From contig OX597819.1 of the NCBI GenBank assembly GCA_951406725.2, positions 88,226,001-88,290,000 of the forward strand: a stretch of DNA of 64,000 bases. Reading direction: 5' to 3'. This document shows, piece by piece, positions 1-13,738 of this stretch (positions within the stretch are counted from its first letter, which is position 1; every line of letters starts with the position of its first letter). The notes under the pieces were generated by a model. It ran no database searches, had not been told where the DNA came from, and saw only the letters and a program-made list of their open reading frames with translations. The DNA comes from Octopus vulgaris. Lineage: Eukaryota. Both the position numbers and the translations under genes were made by a program.

Positions 1-879
1 TTCTTAAATGATAGCATTTACCCGAGGCCATATACAGTGTTGCACACGAAAGGCCAGGGATAGCTGTCATTTATTTTCTCTCTCTTTCTCTCTCCATATA
101 TTGGATCCAACCTATCTAATATTGGATATCATATCGTGCACAAAGTTGCTCGGATTCCTTTATTTACCCATTCCTTTGAATTGCTGCTGTTGTATACCTC
201 ATTAACTACCTGCTAGTTTAATATAATAAACAAACTCCGCGTTACAGAATCAGAAAAGAGAGATAGAGAAGAAGAGAGAAAGGCATAAAGAGATAGATTG
301 ATAAATAGAGATAACAAAGAGAGAGAGGGGGGATAGAAAGGGAGAGAGAGAGCCAAGTGAGAAAGAATGAAAGAGAGAGAGAGAGAGAGAATGAGTGAGT
401 GGAAGCCGTTCCTTTTTTTAGAGCAGTTAATGTACCTAATCAACTGTCCACTGAAAGCAGATGTAACATTCAGTCAGACATTTTACAAAAAAAAAAAAAG
501 AAACAGAAATGTTCTGTACCGCGTAATAACTGCATTAGAGTGTCTGTAGAGTGAATGAATGGAAGCTAGGTATTTTAGTTTTTTTAATACACCTGCCTTA
601 TTCTAAGTCACAAGCCTGAATTATCTCTTATATTCATTTATTTGTTTTATTATTTTTGTATCTGAACTCTGTTTCTTAAATGTACACAGTTAGAAGAAAA
701 AGTAAATTATATGATATGACTGGCATTTCAGAAGAGAATCGTTTTGCGCTTAAAAAAAAATATAAAAAGTTTTAGTAAAGAAGAAAGCTTCAACAAGCAT
801 ATTGTAGTGAAGAGAACTTCTGATAGACCATATAATTTAAATTAATTTTAGTAATTATTATTATTATTATTATTATTAC

Positions 880-1301
880 AGTGAGAGAGCAGCATATGCC
901 ATCAAAGTGACAATGGGGTACAAATATACGAAGCCCAATATACCCATCATGACTACCCGTCTGAAAAGGGTACACCAGACACATGCTTCACAACCATATG
1001 TGCGTGACTTGGTGATCTCATATCAAGATAAACAGCGCATGACCTTGCAATAGAGCCCAGTAAAATTTTCTTCAAGTTGAGTAGCCCATCTCGCTCAAAA
1101 GGTCCCTGAATAAGGTTTGTTTAAGTATGCTGAACAAAACACCCATGTTTTCAGAGGTGAATTATTCAAAAGGTGTATTATTTAGAGGTGAATTATTGAG
1201 CAGAATATTTGCTGTAGCCGATCTTTTATACCAAGATAAAACAATGTATATGATAAGACCTCCAATCAGTTAAGATCAAAAGCCATGAGAGCCACAGCCT
1301 G

Positions 1302-1304
<3 letters not shown>
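880..1304 (-). mobile_element. TAA-microsatellite-associated interspersed repeat, internally deleted copy
   Basis: Reverse complement of 52560-53116 with an internal deletion; (TTA)n tracts on both sides. Confidence 0.85.
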
Positions 1305-1384
<80 letters not shown>

Positions 1385-1409
1385 GTTGTTGTTGTTGTTG
1401 TTGTTATCA

Positions 1410-1580
1410 TAATTAAATGCTTGGCTTTTGCTTTGTATTTGTACAAGTTGTCTACATGTCTCATCCAGAGATCTCAAGAGACAACATGTTAGAAGTTCAA
1501 ATTGGTGTTGTGATAAGGTTTGTTTTAAAAGTACTCTTCTGATAAGATGATAGTGAGATCTTAAGATGACGGTAAAAAGT
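1410..1580 (-). mobile_element. Probable 3' end of an R4/Dong-like non-LTR retrotransposon
   Basis: Minus strand ends ...TGTTGTCTCTTGAGATCTCTGGATGAGAC...GTACAAATACAAAGCAAAAGCC and runs into (AAC)/(AAT)n. Resembles Dong-type 3' UTRs from memory; weak. Confidence 0.4.
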
Positions 1581-1681
1581 GTTTGCTATTATGTACATTT
1601 AAAAGTACGTTTGGCAATGTTTACATATTGAAATGTTTATTATTATTATTATCATTATCATTATTATTTATTATTATTATT

Positions 1682-2206
1682 GAGTGAGAAAGCAATGCAT
1701 GCCATCAAAATGACACTGGGATACAAATATACGAAGCCCAATATACCCGTCTGACAAGAGTACACTAGGTACATTAGGCATATGTGCACGACGTAGTGAT
1801 TTTATATCAAGATAAGCAGCGCATAGCTTTGCAAGTGGGGCCCAGTTAGAATTTTCTTCGGGCTGAGTAGCCCTTCCTGTTCAAAAGGTCCCTGAATAAG
1901 GTTTGTTTAAGGATGATGAGCAAAACACCCATGTTTCCAGAGTCCAATTATTCAAATCCTCAAGAATTCCTTTCAGTACACGGCTATGATGGTCCCCCAC
2001 TACATCTGCTTGCATATATTAGCAGCCACTAAGGAACATGCTCAACTGTTTAAGGTCAAGCAACTGACAAGCAAATCTGTGATATTGAGTAAAATATTAA
2101 ATATAACCCATCTTTTATACCAAGACAAAGCATATATATGATAATACTTCCAACCAATTAAGATCAGAAGTCATGAGAGCCACTGCCTGGCACTGCACCA
2201 GGGCAT
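1682..2206 (-). mobile_element. TAA-microsatellite-associated interspersed repeat, near full-length copy
   Basis: Reverse complement of 52560-53116 over about 525 bp; (TTA)n on both sides. Confidence 0.88.
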
Positions 2207-2218
2207 CTATTATTATTA

Positions 2219-2264
<46 letters not shown>

Positions 2265-2483
2265 GGCGGCGAGCTGTCAGAAACGCTAGCACGCCGGGCG
2301 AAATGCTTAGTGGTATTTCGTCTGCCGTTACGTTCTGAATTCAAATTCCGACGAGGTCAACTTTGCCTTTCATCCTTTCGGTATCAATAATTTAGGTACC
2401 AGTGAAACACTGGAGTCAACGTAATCGACTCATCCACCCCATCCACCCCAAAAATTGCTGCCCTTGTGGCAAAATTTGAAACG
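2265..2483 (+). mobile_element. SINE family A (tRNA head + central TCGACTTTGCCTTTCATCCTTTCGGGGTCGAT domain)
   Basis: GGCGGCGAGCTG..AGAA head, B-box-like GTTCAAATTCC, shared central domain; more than 25 related copies in the window. Confidence 0.88.
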
Positions 2484-2486
2484 ATA

Positions 2487-2535
<49 letters not shown>

Positions 2536-3292
2536 GTCAATATTGTAGAAATAAGATGAAGTTTAATTCTTTTATTGTTCTATTCACATATACGTTTGAG
2601 ACGTGGATTTTACTTTCGGTCAAACATTAAAACCCTCTTCCATGAGACGCTCTGGTAGTATTTCAAAATGGAATTAAGTTATATAAAAAAAAACAGAAGA
2701 GATATCAAGAAATGTTTATACAGGGAGAATCTGAAAGGCTTCAAGAGCATTAAAACATAAAATAAAAAATAATAATAAAAAACACTCCGATGGGTGGGGA
2801 GAATTGTGTTGCCTAGCAAGATATCCGCATCATGTGCCAAATTTTAAAATCCGTTTTTTTCTTTTTCTTTTCTTTTTCGAATTGTAAGTGTTCATGTTTG
2901 GCAACGTGATTAAACGGGCAGCTATCCGCAGATCGACTCAAGAATTCTGAAGTTTATTTCACCCCTACTGCCTATAATGGTATCATAAAGTATTTCTGCA
3001 GAGATTGTAGTTTCTGAAGAGCAAGAGTTGCAATACACTGTTTCCGCCGGAAGTTTCTAAGAGCTTCTATCTTCTTTTGATTTTCTATCTTCTTAGTCAA
3101 TTATCCACTATATAGTAGGTTATTTGTGAGGTCTTATTGTCAAGGACGCTTACCACCCATTTCGCTAACAGAATGTACTGAAAATCTTATTCGTCTCTTT
3201 CGAGATATTTGAAGACTTAATGGATCAAATAGAAAGTGAATATAATTTTTACTGATTATAACTTTTCAGACTTGGTTTGCAAGCATAACACA

Positions 3293-3447
3293 GGCGCAAG
3301 CATATGTGGTAAGAAGTTTGCTTCCCAACCACAAGCTTTCGGGTTCAGTCCCGCTATGTGACTCCTTGGGCAAGTGTCTTCAATAAGGTCGACCAAAGTG
3401 GATTTGTTAGACGGAAACTGAAAGAAGACCGTCATATATATTTATAC

Positions 3448-3510
<63 letters not shown>

Positions 3511-3830
3511 AGTGTGTGTATATATATATACACACATACATGCATACATACTTACATACATACAGATTCATATATATGTGTCTATCACTGTATGTATGCA
3601 CGCATGTGTGTGTACATATTTAAGAGTGCATCTTTATAGTTGTGTTAATCTCCCACCACCAATTGACTACCGTGTCCATTTACGTGACGTAACTTAGCGG
3701 CTCGGCAAAAGAGGGCAATAGAATAAGTACCAGACTTGAAAAAAATAAGTACTGGGATCGATTTATCCCACTAAACCCTTTAAGGTGGTGTCTCAGCACG
3801 GTCACAGTCCAGTGACTGAAGCAGATAAAA
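3293..3830 (+). mobile_element. SINE family B (tRNA head + CORE-like CCTTGGGCAAGT, internal TA/TG microsatellite)
   Basis: Diverged match to the full copies at 13288-13738 and 60103-60481. Confidence 0.82.
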
Positions 3831-4224
3831 TATAAATGATAAAAAAGCATGGAATCTTTGATTATTATTTTTTCTTTTGGAGGAAATTCTACGAGTCAAA
3901 GAGGAATCTTCAGGACATCGTTCAACCTTTGAGAAATAGCAGCTAAATTTCACTGAAATCACACCGTACTCATCTATCTTCAATAAAACGAAGGCCACAT
4001 CGAATCAAGTGACTCTAGATATACTGTGCTTGAATGAAAGATGCTATGGACACAGCCTGAATATCTTTGACCATAGCTCTACTCAGTATGGGCTGACCTA
4101 GTGCTAAAGAACAACAACAGCAACAAATTCCTTGAACGTTGATCAAGAAGCAAATTTTTAAAAATAAAACGCAAACCTGTCTTTTGCGATACATTGCTTA
4201 TATTGATAAATTAGGAAATATACT

Positions 4225-4605
4225 GGGTTCGAATTTTGGGGCAAGGCCTGCAATTTTGCAGTGGTGGGTATAAGTAGATTACAGCGATCCTAATGCTCAT
4301 CTGGTAATCATTTTATTGACCCAGAATTTGTACTTAGAACGTAAAGAATGAGGAAACACCGCTACGCATTTTGTCCGGCGTACTTACGATAAAATTAGGA
4401 AACATTTTGGTTTCAAATTTTGGCACAAGGCTAGCAATTTTGTGGGGTTAGGGTGTGTCTATTACATCTATCCCAGTGCTCATCTAGTAGTCATTTTATC
4501 GACCCCGAAAGGATGAAAGGTAAAGTCGACCTCGGCAGAATTTGAACACACAACGTAAAGACGGACGAAATGCTGCTAAGTCTTTTGTTCGGCGTGCTAA
4601 CGATA
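4225..4605 (-). mobile_element. Two tandem degenerate SINE-A copies
   Basis: TTTTGGCACAAGG tail and ..ACGTAAAG head segments occur twice; the second copy contains GACCCCGAAAGGATGAAAGG. Confidence 0.75.
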
Positions 4606-5844
4606 AATTTGGAAATATATTCTAGACGATAACCCCAAGGTTATTCGTATCAGCAAGTTTTTTTCTTTTTATATCCAACATCCTACTTCTGTGTTTGAGT
4701 TCAAATCGGTGTCTATTGAAACAGCTTCAAGTTCTTGTGAAACACTAGAGCTCCGAATGACCTTAAAAGCATTCGTTATAAAAGTCATTAAAGGATTATG
4801 TTTAATTCTTAACCACGGGGAGGTAAATAATGCTCATATCACTGGGAGAAAATCTCATGAGAAGTAAGGCCGAAGAACAATAAAAAAAAATAATAAAGAG
4901 AGAAGTAAATTCCAGAATTTTAAATATTTCTTCCATCTGTGCACTTTAAGTATCATGTGTGGAGGAAGGAGAGAAACAGAATATGAGTTAGCGTCGGAGA
5001 GAGAAGCAGAGAGTGAGAGAGGAAGGGAGAGAGAAAGAGAGAGAGAGAGAGCTTTAAAATAAGATAGAGGGAGCTTGGAAAAAGAAAGTGATGGTGGAAA
5101 AGGGAGAGACAGACAGGCAGACAGACAGACAGAGCAGTAAAGAAAGAGTTAGTTTGTCAGAGACCACCCCACTACCCGTTTAGTTCTTACGGCAAGGTCC
5201 TAATATCCAGGTATTGTGTTCTGCGAGGGACAAGTGTTGAAGATCAACAGTAAAAGCAGGAACTATCACCATTTGAATTTTGTGAGTTGATAGATGGATG
5301 TATGGATGGGTGGATGGATGAATGTTAAATTGGGGCATTAATGAAAGTGACGAAAGCTGTAATTTGAAGTAAGAGCCAAATTTTGCAACGCGACTAAATG
5401 TATTTTTATTCAATATATGAATCTGTATATGTACTCTTTCATAAGCTTCAAGTTATTAACTCGCAGTCGTCAGCCTTTATCATTATGTAAAGGAAGATGT
5501 GTTATAATCATGCTTATATTAACTACTATTTTTGTAAGACACTTAGTCTTTAAGCTTGCTTATAAGACGCTTCTTAATTTTAGCAGGCTTTTCCTGAGCC
5601 ACGACTAGCCTGTAAATAAATTATGACCGTACATTTATGAGATGCAAGATGATTTCTTTCGAGAAAATACGATAATTTCTTTGTTACTTACGACCATCGA
5701 CAGCTTCAAAGGCAAAGATTAGCTATCCCGGAAGAGTTTTATGAAAGACGAAGCAAATCGGTTCAATCTTCATTCTAAGCTGCTAAAGGTAATGTAGTTT
5801 GACATATATGTATATAAATACATATATACATATATAGTTGTGTG

Positions 5845-6480
5845 GAGGCGGACTCGCGGTCATAGGATTGCCGTTTCGATTCCCAGACCGATCGTTGTGA
5901 GTGTTTATTGAGTGAAAACACTTAAATCTTCACGAAGCTCCGGCAGACGGTGGTGGCGAACCCTGCTGTACTCTTTCACCACAACTTTCTCTCACTCTTT
6001 CTTCCTGTTTCTGTTGAACCAGCCTTGTCACACTCTGTGTCACGCTGAATCTCCCCGAGAACTACGTCTGTGGAGTGCTCAGCCACTTGCACGTTAATTT
6101 CACGAGCAGACAGAGTGCCATAACATATTTGTGAATGTAAGGGCACATGGCCAAGTGGTTTAAGGTGTTGCAGTTACGATCGCGACTCGTGGTTTCAATT
6201 CCTAGACTAGGTGGTGCGTTGTGTTCTTGAGCAAAATACATCATCACACGTTGTTCTGCGATCGCTTAGACACATGACGCGTGATACAGCGAACACCTGT
6301 TCAGACATCGTGGATTTGATCACTATAAACTAATCTGGTTTGGCAATACACCATAAACAACCTTGCCCGGATTTGTTCCTCGGAGAGTAGCTTTCTAGGT
6401 GAAATCCTAAGACAGTAACCTAGAAAGTTACTCTCCAGATGAAATCCCATAATCATTCCTGCCCGAAGTGGGTGCCTTTA
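5845..6480 (+). mobile_element. SINE family C related fragments (tRNA head; TGTGTTCTTGAGCAA domain)
   Basis: Head GGCACATGGCCAAGTGGTT..GGTTTCAATTCC at about 6142; 3' parts shared with 11809-12137 and 50818-51133. Confidence 0.7.
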
Positions 6481-7028
6481 CCTTTTACCCTTTATTATAA
6501 GCGCGCACACACACACGTATGATTCCATCCTGCCTCGTGCCAGGAGACAGTTATCGCCAGAGGGAGCTACATGTACGTGTCTATGGTGTTTTTAGTGTAA
6601 CTGGTACTTAATTTTAGCGACTCCAGAAGGCTGAAAGAAAACGTTGGGTCGAAAGAGATTAAATTCTGAAGATAAGGAACCGTAATTGAATATCGTAAAC
6701 GTTTCTTGCCACATTCTAATGGTTCTGTCAATCCTTCGCATGACAACTAGTGGCTTGCATGGATTTTCTTATAACATATTTGTTGTAATATACAGTTTCT
6801 GACCAAAATATAGCTTCTTTTAGGTTATTTTACTTGTTTCAGTCATTGGACTGCCGCCACGCAGTTTGAAGTGTTTAGCCGAACAAATTGAACGCTGGAC
6901 TTATTTTTACGCCTCGTACTTATTTTGTGGGTTTCTTTTGCCGAACCGTTAAGTTACGAGAACGTAAACAAACCAACAGCAGTTGTCAAGCTGTGATGAG
7001 AGACAAACACAAAGACATATGCACATAG

Positions 7029-7094
<66 letters not shown>

Positions 7095-7266
7095 AGACAC
7101 ATATATACGCATGTATTTTTTATTGTTTACATATATACATGTATGTAGGTATGTATGTAGGTATATGTAGGTATATGTAGGTATATTCAAGTGTGTATGC
7201 ATGTACGTATGTATTATTCGTGTGTGTATGTGTGTAATGTATGTGTGTATACATGCACTCACACAC

Positions 7267-7304
<38 letters not shown>

Positions 7305-8060
7305 ATGTGTGTGAGTGTGTAAGTGTGTGCGCGAATGCGTCTGTGTGCAGCTCATTTTTCACATTCTTCGCATTTTTCAGATTATACACGAATCGAGCAT
7401 TTTAGAAAGTAACATTCTTGAAATTTATTCGTTTGTAGAAACTAGCAGAGATTATGTTGTAAGACAAACTGCCTATAAGTTACTATCGCTGTTAGTATTT
7501 AGAATATTTGTTCAATTCCAGAATGTAAAGAAGATATTTCAAGAAAAACGACAAAACAAACAATAACCAAACCTCTCGGCCTACATCTATAACGGTTTCA
7601 AATTTTGGCACAGCCCCAGCAATTTCGGGACAAGGTGTAACTAACTCGATTACATTGATCCCAGTATTCAACTGGTACTTATTTTATCGACCCCGAAAGG
7701 ATGAATAGTAAAGTCAACCTCGGTGGAATATGTATTACATGTTAAAGAGGGAGCTTCTTTGTGGTCATTCGATCTTTTGGAAATAACAACCAAATTTGTT
7801 CCTCCGTATCCTTTATATTAAGTAAGTGGGGTATACATTGAACAGTATGTACTTTGGTATACAAACTGGCAGGATGGTGACAACTGACATGACTTCAGTC
7901 CATGTTTTACTCGAATAAGACTGACCTTGGGTTGAATAACAGAGAAAATTATAATTTATTCCTTTAGAATAGTGGTTTCTGGTTTAGTTACAAGGCATGC
8001 AATTTTGGGGAGAGGAAGAATAGTCGGTACCATCCACCCTACCAAAAGGTACCATCCAAA

Positions 8061-8291
8061 AGGCGGCGAGCTGGCAGAATCGTTAGCACGCCGGGCGAAA
8101 TGCGTAGCCGTATTTCATCTGGCGTTACGTTCTGAGTTCAAATTCCGCCGAGGTCACTTTGCCTTTCATCCTTTTGGGGTCGATAAATTAAGTACCAGTT
8201 ACGCACTGGGGTCGATATAATCGACTTAATCCGTCTGTCTGTCCTTGTTTGTCTCCTCTGTGTTTGGCCCCTTGTGGGTAGTAAAGAAATA
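8061..8291 (+). mobile_element. SINE family A copy
   Basis: AGGCGGCGAGCTGGCAGAATCGTTAGCACGCCGGGCGAAAT...GTAGTAAAGAAATA; flanked by opposite-strand SINE-A remnants. Confidence 0.9.
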
Positions 8292-8643
8292 GCTACCATA
8301 CACCCTACCACTTGACCTCTACCTTATTTTAACGACCTCAGAGAGATGAAAAGCAAAGTTGATATCGGTGGAATTTTAACTCAACGTAAAGAACCGGGAC
8401 AAATACTGCAAAGCATTTTTCCCGACGATCAGAGTATTTGGTATCGCTAGGGGAGTCTTGACGTTCTGGTTTTCTGGAATTCGTCTCAGTTTTCATGCAA
8501 CAGTTCCGGTGTTCCGAAAGAATGCTTCGAGAGGGTGATTTATCTTTTTCTTTTTAATTTTATAATTTGTAAATATCTTCCTGGTTGTCGTAATTATGTT
8601 CTTTGAAAGTACAACCGCGGTTTCAAATTCAATTTTTGTTAAA

Positions 8644-8993
8644 GTAGGAGTGGCTGTGTGGTAAGTAGCTTGCTTACCAACCACATGGTTCCGGGTTCAG
8701 TCCCACTGCGTGGCACCTTGGGCAAGTGTCTTTTACAATAGCCTCGGGCCGACCAAAGCCTTGTGAGTGGATTTGGTAGACGGAAACTGAAAAGAAGCCT
8801 GTCGTATATATGTATATATATGTGTGTGTGTGTGTGTGTTTGTGTGTCTGTGTTTGTCCTTCCCCCAACATCGCTTGACAACCGATGCTGGTGTGTTTAC
8901 GTCCCCGTAACTTAGCGGTTCGGCAAAAGAGACCGATAGAATAAGTACTAGGCTTACAAAGAATAAGTCCTGGGGTCGATTTGCTCGACCAAA
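8644..8993 (+). mobile_element. SINE family B copy
   Basis: GGAGTGGCTGTGTGGTAAG (A box), GGTTCAGTCCC (B box), ACCTTGGGCAAGT; high identity to the other B copies. Confidence 0.92.
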
Positions 8994-9371
8994 GAAGAGG
9001 CGTTGGAGTTTTATATAGTTTAGACACCCACCAAGTCTAAATCCGGCACTGATGATTGGTGCTCATTTCAATCTAATAAATAGTGTAAATCATTTATTTT
9101 TGTAATTAGTGTAAGTCCTTTATTTCCGTAGTGTAAATCATTCCTGCATTTTCCAATTTCTGTCAAAGCAGTAGGAAATATTTTACCAAGGTGCTTTTCT
9201 AAGAAATTAGAATCTCGCAAAGTTTATGGAGTGATTTTCATAAATCACACTTCTTGTTTATAATGTTTTGCCTTTTGTGAAACGTATGATGACTTCAGCT
9301 GTGTCTAGTTTGTAGTTTAAACGAATGACGTGGCATGGGACGTAATTCTTGGAATGAATTATTTTGTTTTC

Positions 9372-9578
9372 TTTTTACTAAATGCACAAGGCTTGAAATT
9401 TTGAGGGATGGGGCTAGTCGAATATATCGACTCAATTGCTTGACTAGTATTTATTTTATCGACCTCGAAAGAATGAAAGACAAATTCGAACTCGGCAGAA
9501 TTTGAACTCAGAACGTAAAGACTGACAATATGCCACAAAGCATTTTCTTCGGCGTGCTAATGATTCTGCTAGCTCGCC
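9372..9578 (-). mobile_element. SINE family A copy
   Basis: Reverse complement of the SINE-A consensus seen in this window. Confidence 0.8.
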
Positions 9579-10369
9579 AGGTAGTTTTGAATGAGGCAAA
9601 AAAGTATCGCCCGAAATAAGATTTTAACTCGTAAAACATTGAAAGAAGAACGCGACAAAACATAGCCAAAAAGCATTTAATCAAGTTCCTACTACACTGT
9701 TTCTCTGTAATAACCGATCCTCGAAAATAAATGAGCAAAGTAAAATAAATGAATAGATAAAAGGAAATAAAGAAAAAGAAAAAGGCTTTGAAGCATTTAA
9801 GGAGTTGTTTTATAACTGCATATTGTGAGATAGAGATCTGCTGTTGCGTTTCAACATTGTTGATCGTTGTTTTAATTGGTCGTCAGGTAAATATTAAATA
9901 GTTGTTATCTGACATTTCAAACATGTCACATGAGAAAATATTGATCCACAGCATTAGGTTCCGGAGGTAAAAAAAAAAAATTAGTTAATTTAATCTGTAA
10001 ATTAGTTAATTAAAAATATAATTGCTTTTTCATTTATTTATTTAATAATTTATTGTCTGTTTTGTGTATGAGTGTATACATACAACACACACACACATAT
10101 ATATATATATAATGTGTTTATATGTACGTTTACGGAGCTGTGTAGGTGTGTGAGTTATCGATTATTTTTTCTTATACAATATGTCATTTATTATAATAAT
10201 AATTAATTTTTTTATTGATACTAGAAAGAGGAAAAAGTCAAGTTGACCCCGAGACTATTTCAACAGAAAGTAACAGAATATAAAGCTGTTATGTTGACTT
10301 CTCAACTCTTGTCCACGCTACTCCAGTTTTATTGTTTTCTTAAACAATGTCGACATTCTGACCGCGCCC

Positions 10370-10450
<81 letters not shown>

Positions 10451-10691
10451 AATTATATACATATATGTAATTATACAAAAATGGACTTGAACTGCTAGAA
10501 TCTCTCACCATATAGCTTGAAGTGAAACCGAAATCTCGTGAAGCATCTTATGTAACCCGAAGAGGCTCTTTTGCACTATGCGTTGCATCTGGTGTTATTA
10601 CATCGTTCCACGCCCTGTAGGAAGCAGCGCAATATGAAGCTGAAACGATTGTTATTATAATAAATAAATGTTTCTCATTTCTTTTTCTCAT

Positions 10692-11295
10692 TTCTTTATT
10701 GCCCACAAGGGGCTAAACATAGAGGAGACAAGGACAGACAAAGGGATTAAGTCGATTACATCGACCCAGTGCGTAACTGGTACTTATTTAATCGAACCCG
10801 AAAGGATGAAAGGCAAAGTCGACCTCGGCGGAATTTGAACTCAGAACGTAGCGACAGAAATACTGCTAAGCATTTCGCCCGGCGTGCTAACGTTTCTGCC
10901 AGCTCGCTTCTTGTTATACTCCGTCTTCTGTATTAATCTTATATATTGTGTAGATCCTCATAGTGTAAGACCTCAGTGTATTTTCCTGTTCAACATTCGT
11001 TGGAACCGAGAAAACACTCAAGATTCACAAGTGTGGAAACTGTAGATACGTCACTGATAAAAGCCGCGTGTAAGTCTTACAAAAAGTAGCATATGATCAT
11101 TTTTTACTATAGACACAAGACCTAAAATTTTGTGAGAGGGTGCTGGTCAATTACATCGACCCCAGTGTTCAACTAGTAAATCATTTTATCGACCCTAAAA
11201 TGGCTGAAAGGCAAAGTCGATCTCGGCGGAATTTGAACTCAGAATGCAAAAACGGAAGAAATTCTGCCAGCCAACCATTCTGCCGGCTCGCCGCC
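10692..11295 (-). mobile_element. Two SINE family A copies (about 10692-10907 and 11103-11295)
   Basis: Both contain GAAAGGCAAAGTCGA.CTCGGCGGAATTTGAACTCAGAA. Confidence 0.85.
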
Positions 11296-11808
11296 CATAT
11301 GAAGCGTAACATATAAGAAGACGGAGAATGAATTTAGTTCATATTTATTATTAGTTGCAGCATTTTTCGGTGCCAATCAGTTTATAGACCCACATATATT
11401 TCTTATGATTCACCGAGAAGTGAAAAATTACAGATCACAATGTGTAAATGCAGAGTATTCTTAAATACATTATAATTGAAGAGTTCCCACTACTCCCAGT
11501 TTCCCGTTTCTACTTGTTCAGCTGTTAATCCGCGCCTTGAGTTATTTGTTGGTTTAAATATATTTGGAATATTTGCGAGTGACGGAGAATTGGTTCTCGA
11601 TATACATATGCTATAAATAATAAGCATGTAGATATGGGTTGAAAAACCTTTCTGGAAAGGAAAAATCGAAGACTGCTCTTGGGACACGAACCCACAATTC
11701 TTATAGATAGGTCATGCGTTCTACTACTGTACCACGAGAAGCCTTCGACTTTTTCTATCCAAAAGAGTTTTTCAACTCAATATTAATTATAGCTTTATAT
11801 GTACTGGT

Positions 11809-12137
11809 GGAGCATAACTCAGTGGTTAGCGCGTCGAGCTTACAATCATGAGGTAGTGAGTTCGATTCCCGGGCCGGGCTGTATGTTATGCTCTTGAGCA
11901 AGACACTTTATTTCACGTTGCTCCACTTCACTCAGCTGTAGAAATAAGTCGCGATGTCATTGGTGCCAAGCTGTGTCGTTCTTTGCCTTTCCCTCGGATA
12001 ACATCGGTGGCGTGGAGAGGGGAGGTTGGTATGCATGGGCGACTGCTGGTCTTCCATAAACAACCTTGCCCGGACTTGTGTCACGGTGGGTAACTTTCTG
12101 GGTGCAATCCCATGGTCATTCATAATCGAGTGGGGTA
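11809..12137 (+). mobile_element. SINE family C full-length copy
   Basis: tRNA-like head (CTCAGTGGTTAG A box, GAGTTCGATTCC B box), then CTTGAGCAAGACACTTTATTTCACGTTGCTCC; homologous to 28192-28528 and 35870-36200. Confidence 0.9.
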
Positions 12138-12714
12138 GTCTTTATATATGTACTTCGAGAACGAATTCCAAATAAGAATTATTCCACGTTCTCTCGAAAA
12201 TTATTTTGAAATGTATGAAAATTGGAGAAAAGTAAAATAACACGTATCTTAAAAAATATATTAGATAAAAAAAAACATCATATATTAAAAACATATACGC
12301 ATTACATTTTTAAATACTTTTTATAGATATTATAATTAACAATATTTAAAATTATTTAAAATGTCATTTAAAAATATTGGTTAAGCAACAACGGAGTTTC
12401 ATGTGGACGGTTCTTAGAATGACATTGCTTGTCTGAAGCTTATATGACGTTTGGGGTATTCCTGCGAGAGCCAGAAATGAAATAAAAAACGCAAGCTTGA
12501 ACAATTGCTTTTGCATATATAGCTGACAAAGGTTGTTTAAAACAGACAAATATACATGATGCCAATTACACTAATTTAACCTTCGGACTTTCAGTCATCC
12601 AAAACAGATGTTTTAATTTCATAAGTGAAAAAGTAAGTTTCTTAAAACAAAGTTAGAAGCATCGAGAAATATGTAAATTAATCTTTATTGGTGATGTATC
12701 TGGAAACGATTTCA

Positions 12715-13168
12715 TCTCAAATTTTGGCGCAAGGCCAGCAATTTTGGACGAGGGAATAAGTCGATTACATCGATCTCAGTATCCAACTGGTACTTATTTT
12801 GACGACCCCGAAAGGATGAAAGGTTAAGTCGACCTCGGTGGAATTTTAACTGAGAACATATAGACGGATGAAATGCTGCTAAGCATTTTCATCGGCGTGC
12901 TAACGATTTCTGCCAGCTCACCTCCTTAATTTCATCTATAAATAACGGTTTCAAATTTTGGCACAAGGCTCACTATTTTTTTTTTTTTGGAGTGGGGGTA
13001 AGTCGATTACATCGATCTCAGTGTTCAACTGGTACTTTTTTTGTCGACCCCGAAAGGATGAAGAGCAAAATCGACCTCGACGGAAAATGAACTGGGAACG
13101 TAAAGACGGTCGAAATGCAGCTAAACATTTTTGCGCGGCGTGCTACAGATTCTGCCAATTTGCTGCCT
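12715..13168 (-). mobile_element. Two tandem SINE family A copies
   Basis: Two reverse-complement copies; both heads abut the same TTAATTTCATCTATAAATAA flank. Confidence 0.82.
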
Positions 13169-13287
13169 TAATTTCATCTATAAATAATTTCTTAAAATAC
13201 AAAGGTTTTAAAAAATTCATTAGGCGAAAAGAAAAGGCGGAAAGCTACCCCCAACTATAGCGGAATTTGAATTCAAAACATTAAGAA

Positions 13288-13738
13288 GCGTAGAAGTGGT
13301 TGTGTGGTAAGTAGCTTGTTTACGAACCACATGGTTCCGGGTTCAGTCCCACTGCGTGGCACCTTGGGCAAGTGTCTTCTACTATAGCCACAGGCCGACC
13401 AAAGCCTTGTGAGTGGATTTGGTAGACGGAAACTGAAATATTACATATAATAAGAGCTTTGAGGCCATCTTAGATTGGTGAAGGAGAGTCACAGGCTCTC
13501 GTATATATATGTGTGTGTGTTTATGTTTGTGTGTCTATGTTTGTCCCCCTAACATCACTTGACATCCGATGCTGGTGTGTTTACGTCTCCGTAACTTAGC
13601 GGGTCGGCAAAAGAGACCGATAGAATAAGTACTAGGCTTACAAAGAATAACTCCTGGGGTCGATTTGCTCGACTAAAGGCGGTGCTCCAGCATGGCCGCA
13701 GTCAAATGACTGAAACAAGTAAAAGAGTAAAAGAGTAA
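13288..13738 (+). mobile_element. SINE family B copy carrying a templated inverted insertion (13436-13488)
   Basis: Full head, body and (GTAAAAGA)n tail, interrupted by a 53-bp reverse complement of 13904-13956. Confidence 0.9.

Noticed and set aside
1-580. Possible promoter or first exon (donor-like AG|GTATTT at about 569; minus-strand donor-like site near 20)
   Set aside because: Only weak splice-like motifs; no ORF or recognisable promoter element.
5640-5795. Exon-like stretch ending AAG|GTAATG
   Set aside because: No convincing acceptor, and no recognisable peptide was found.
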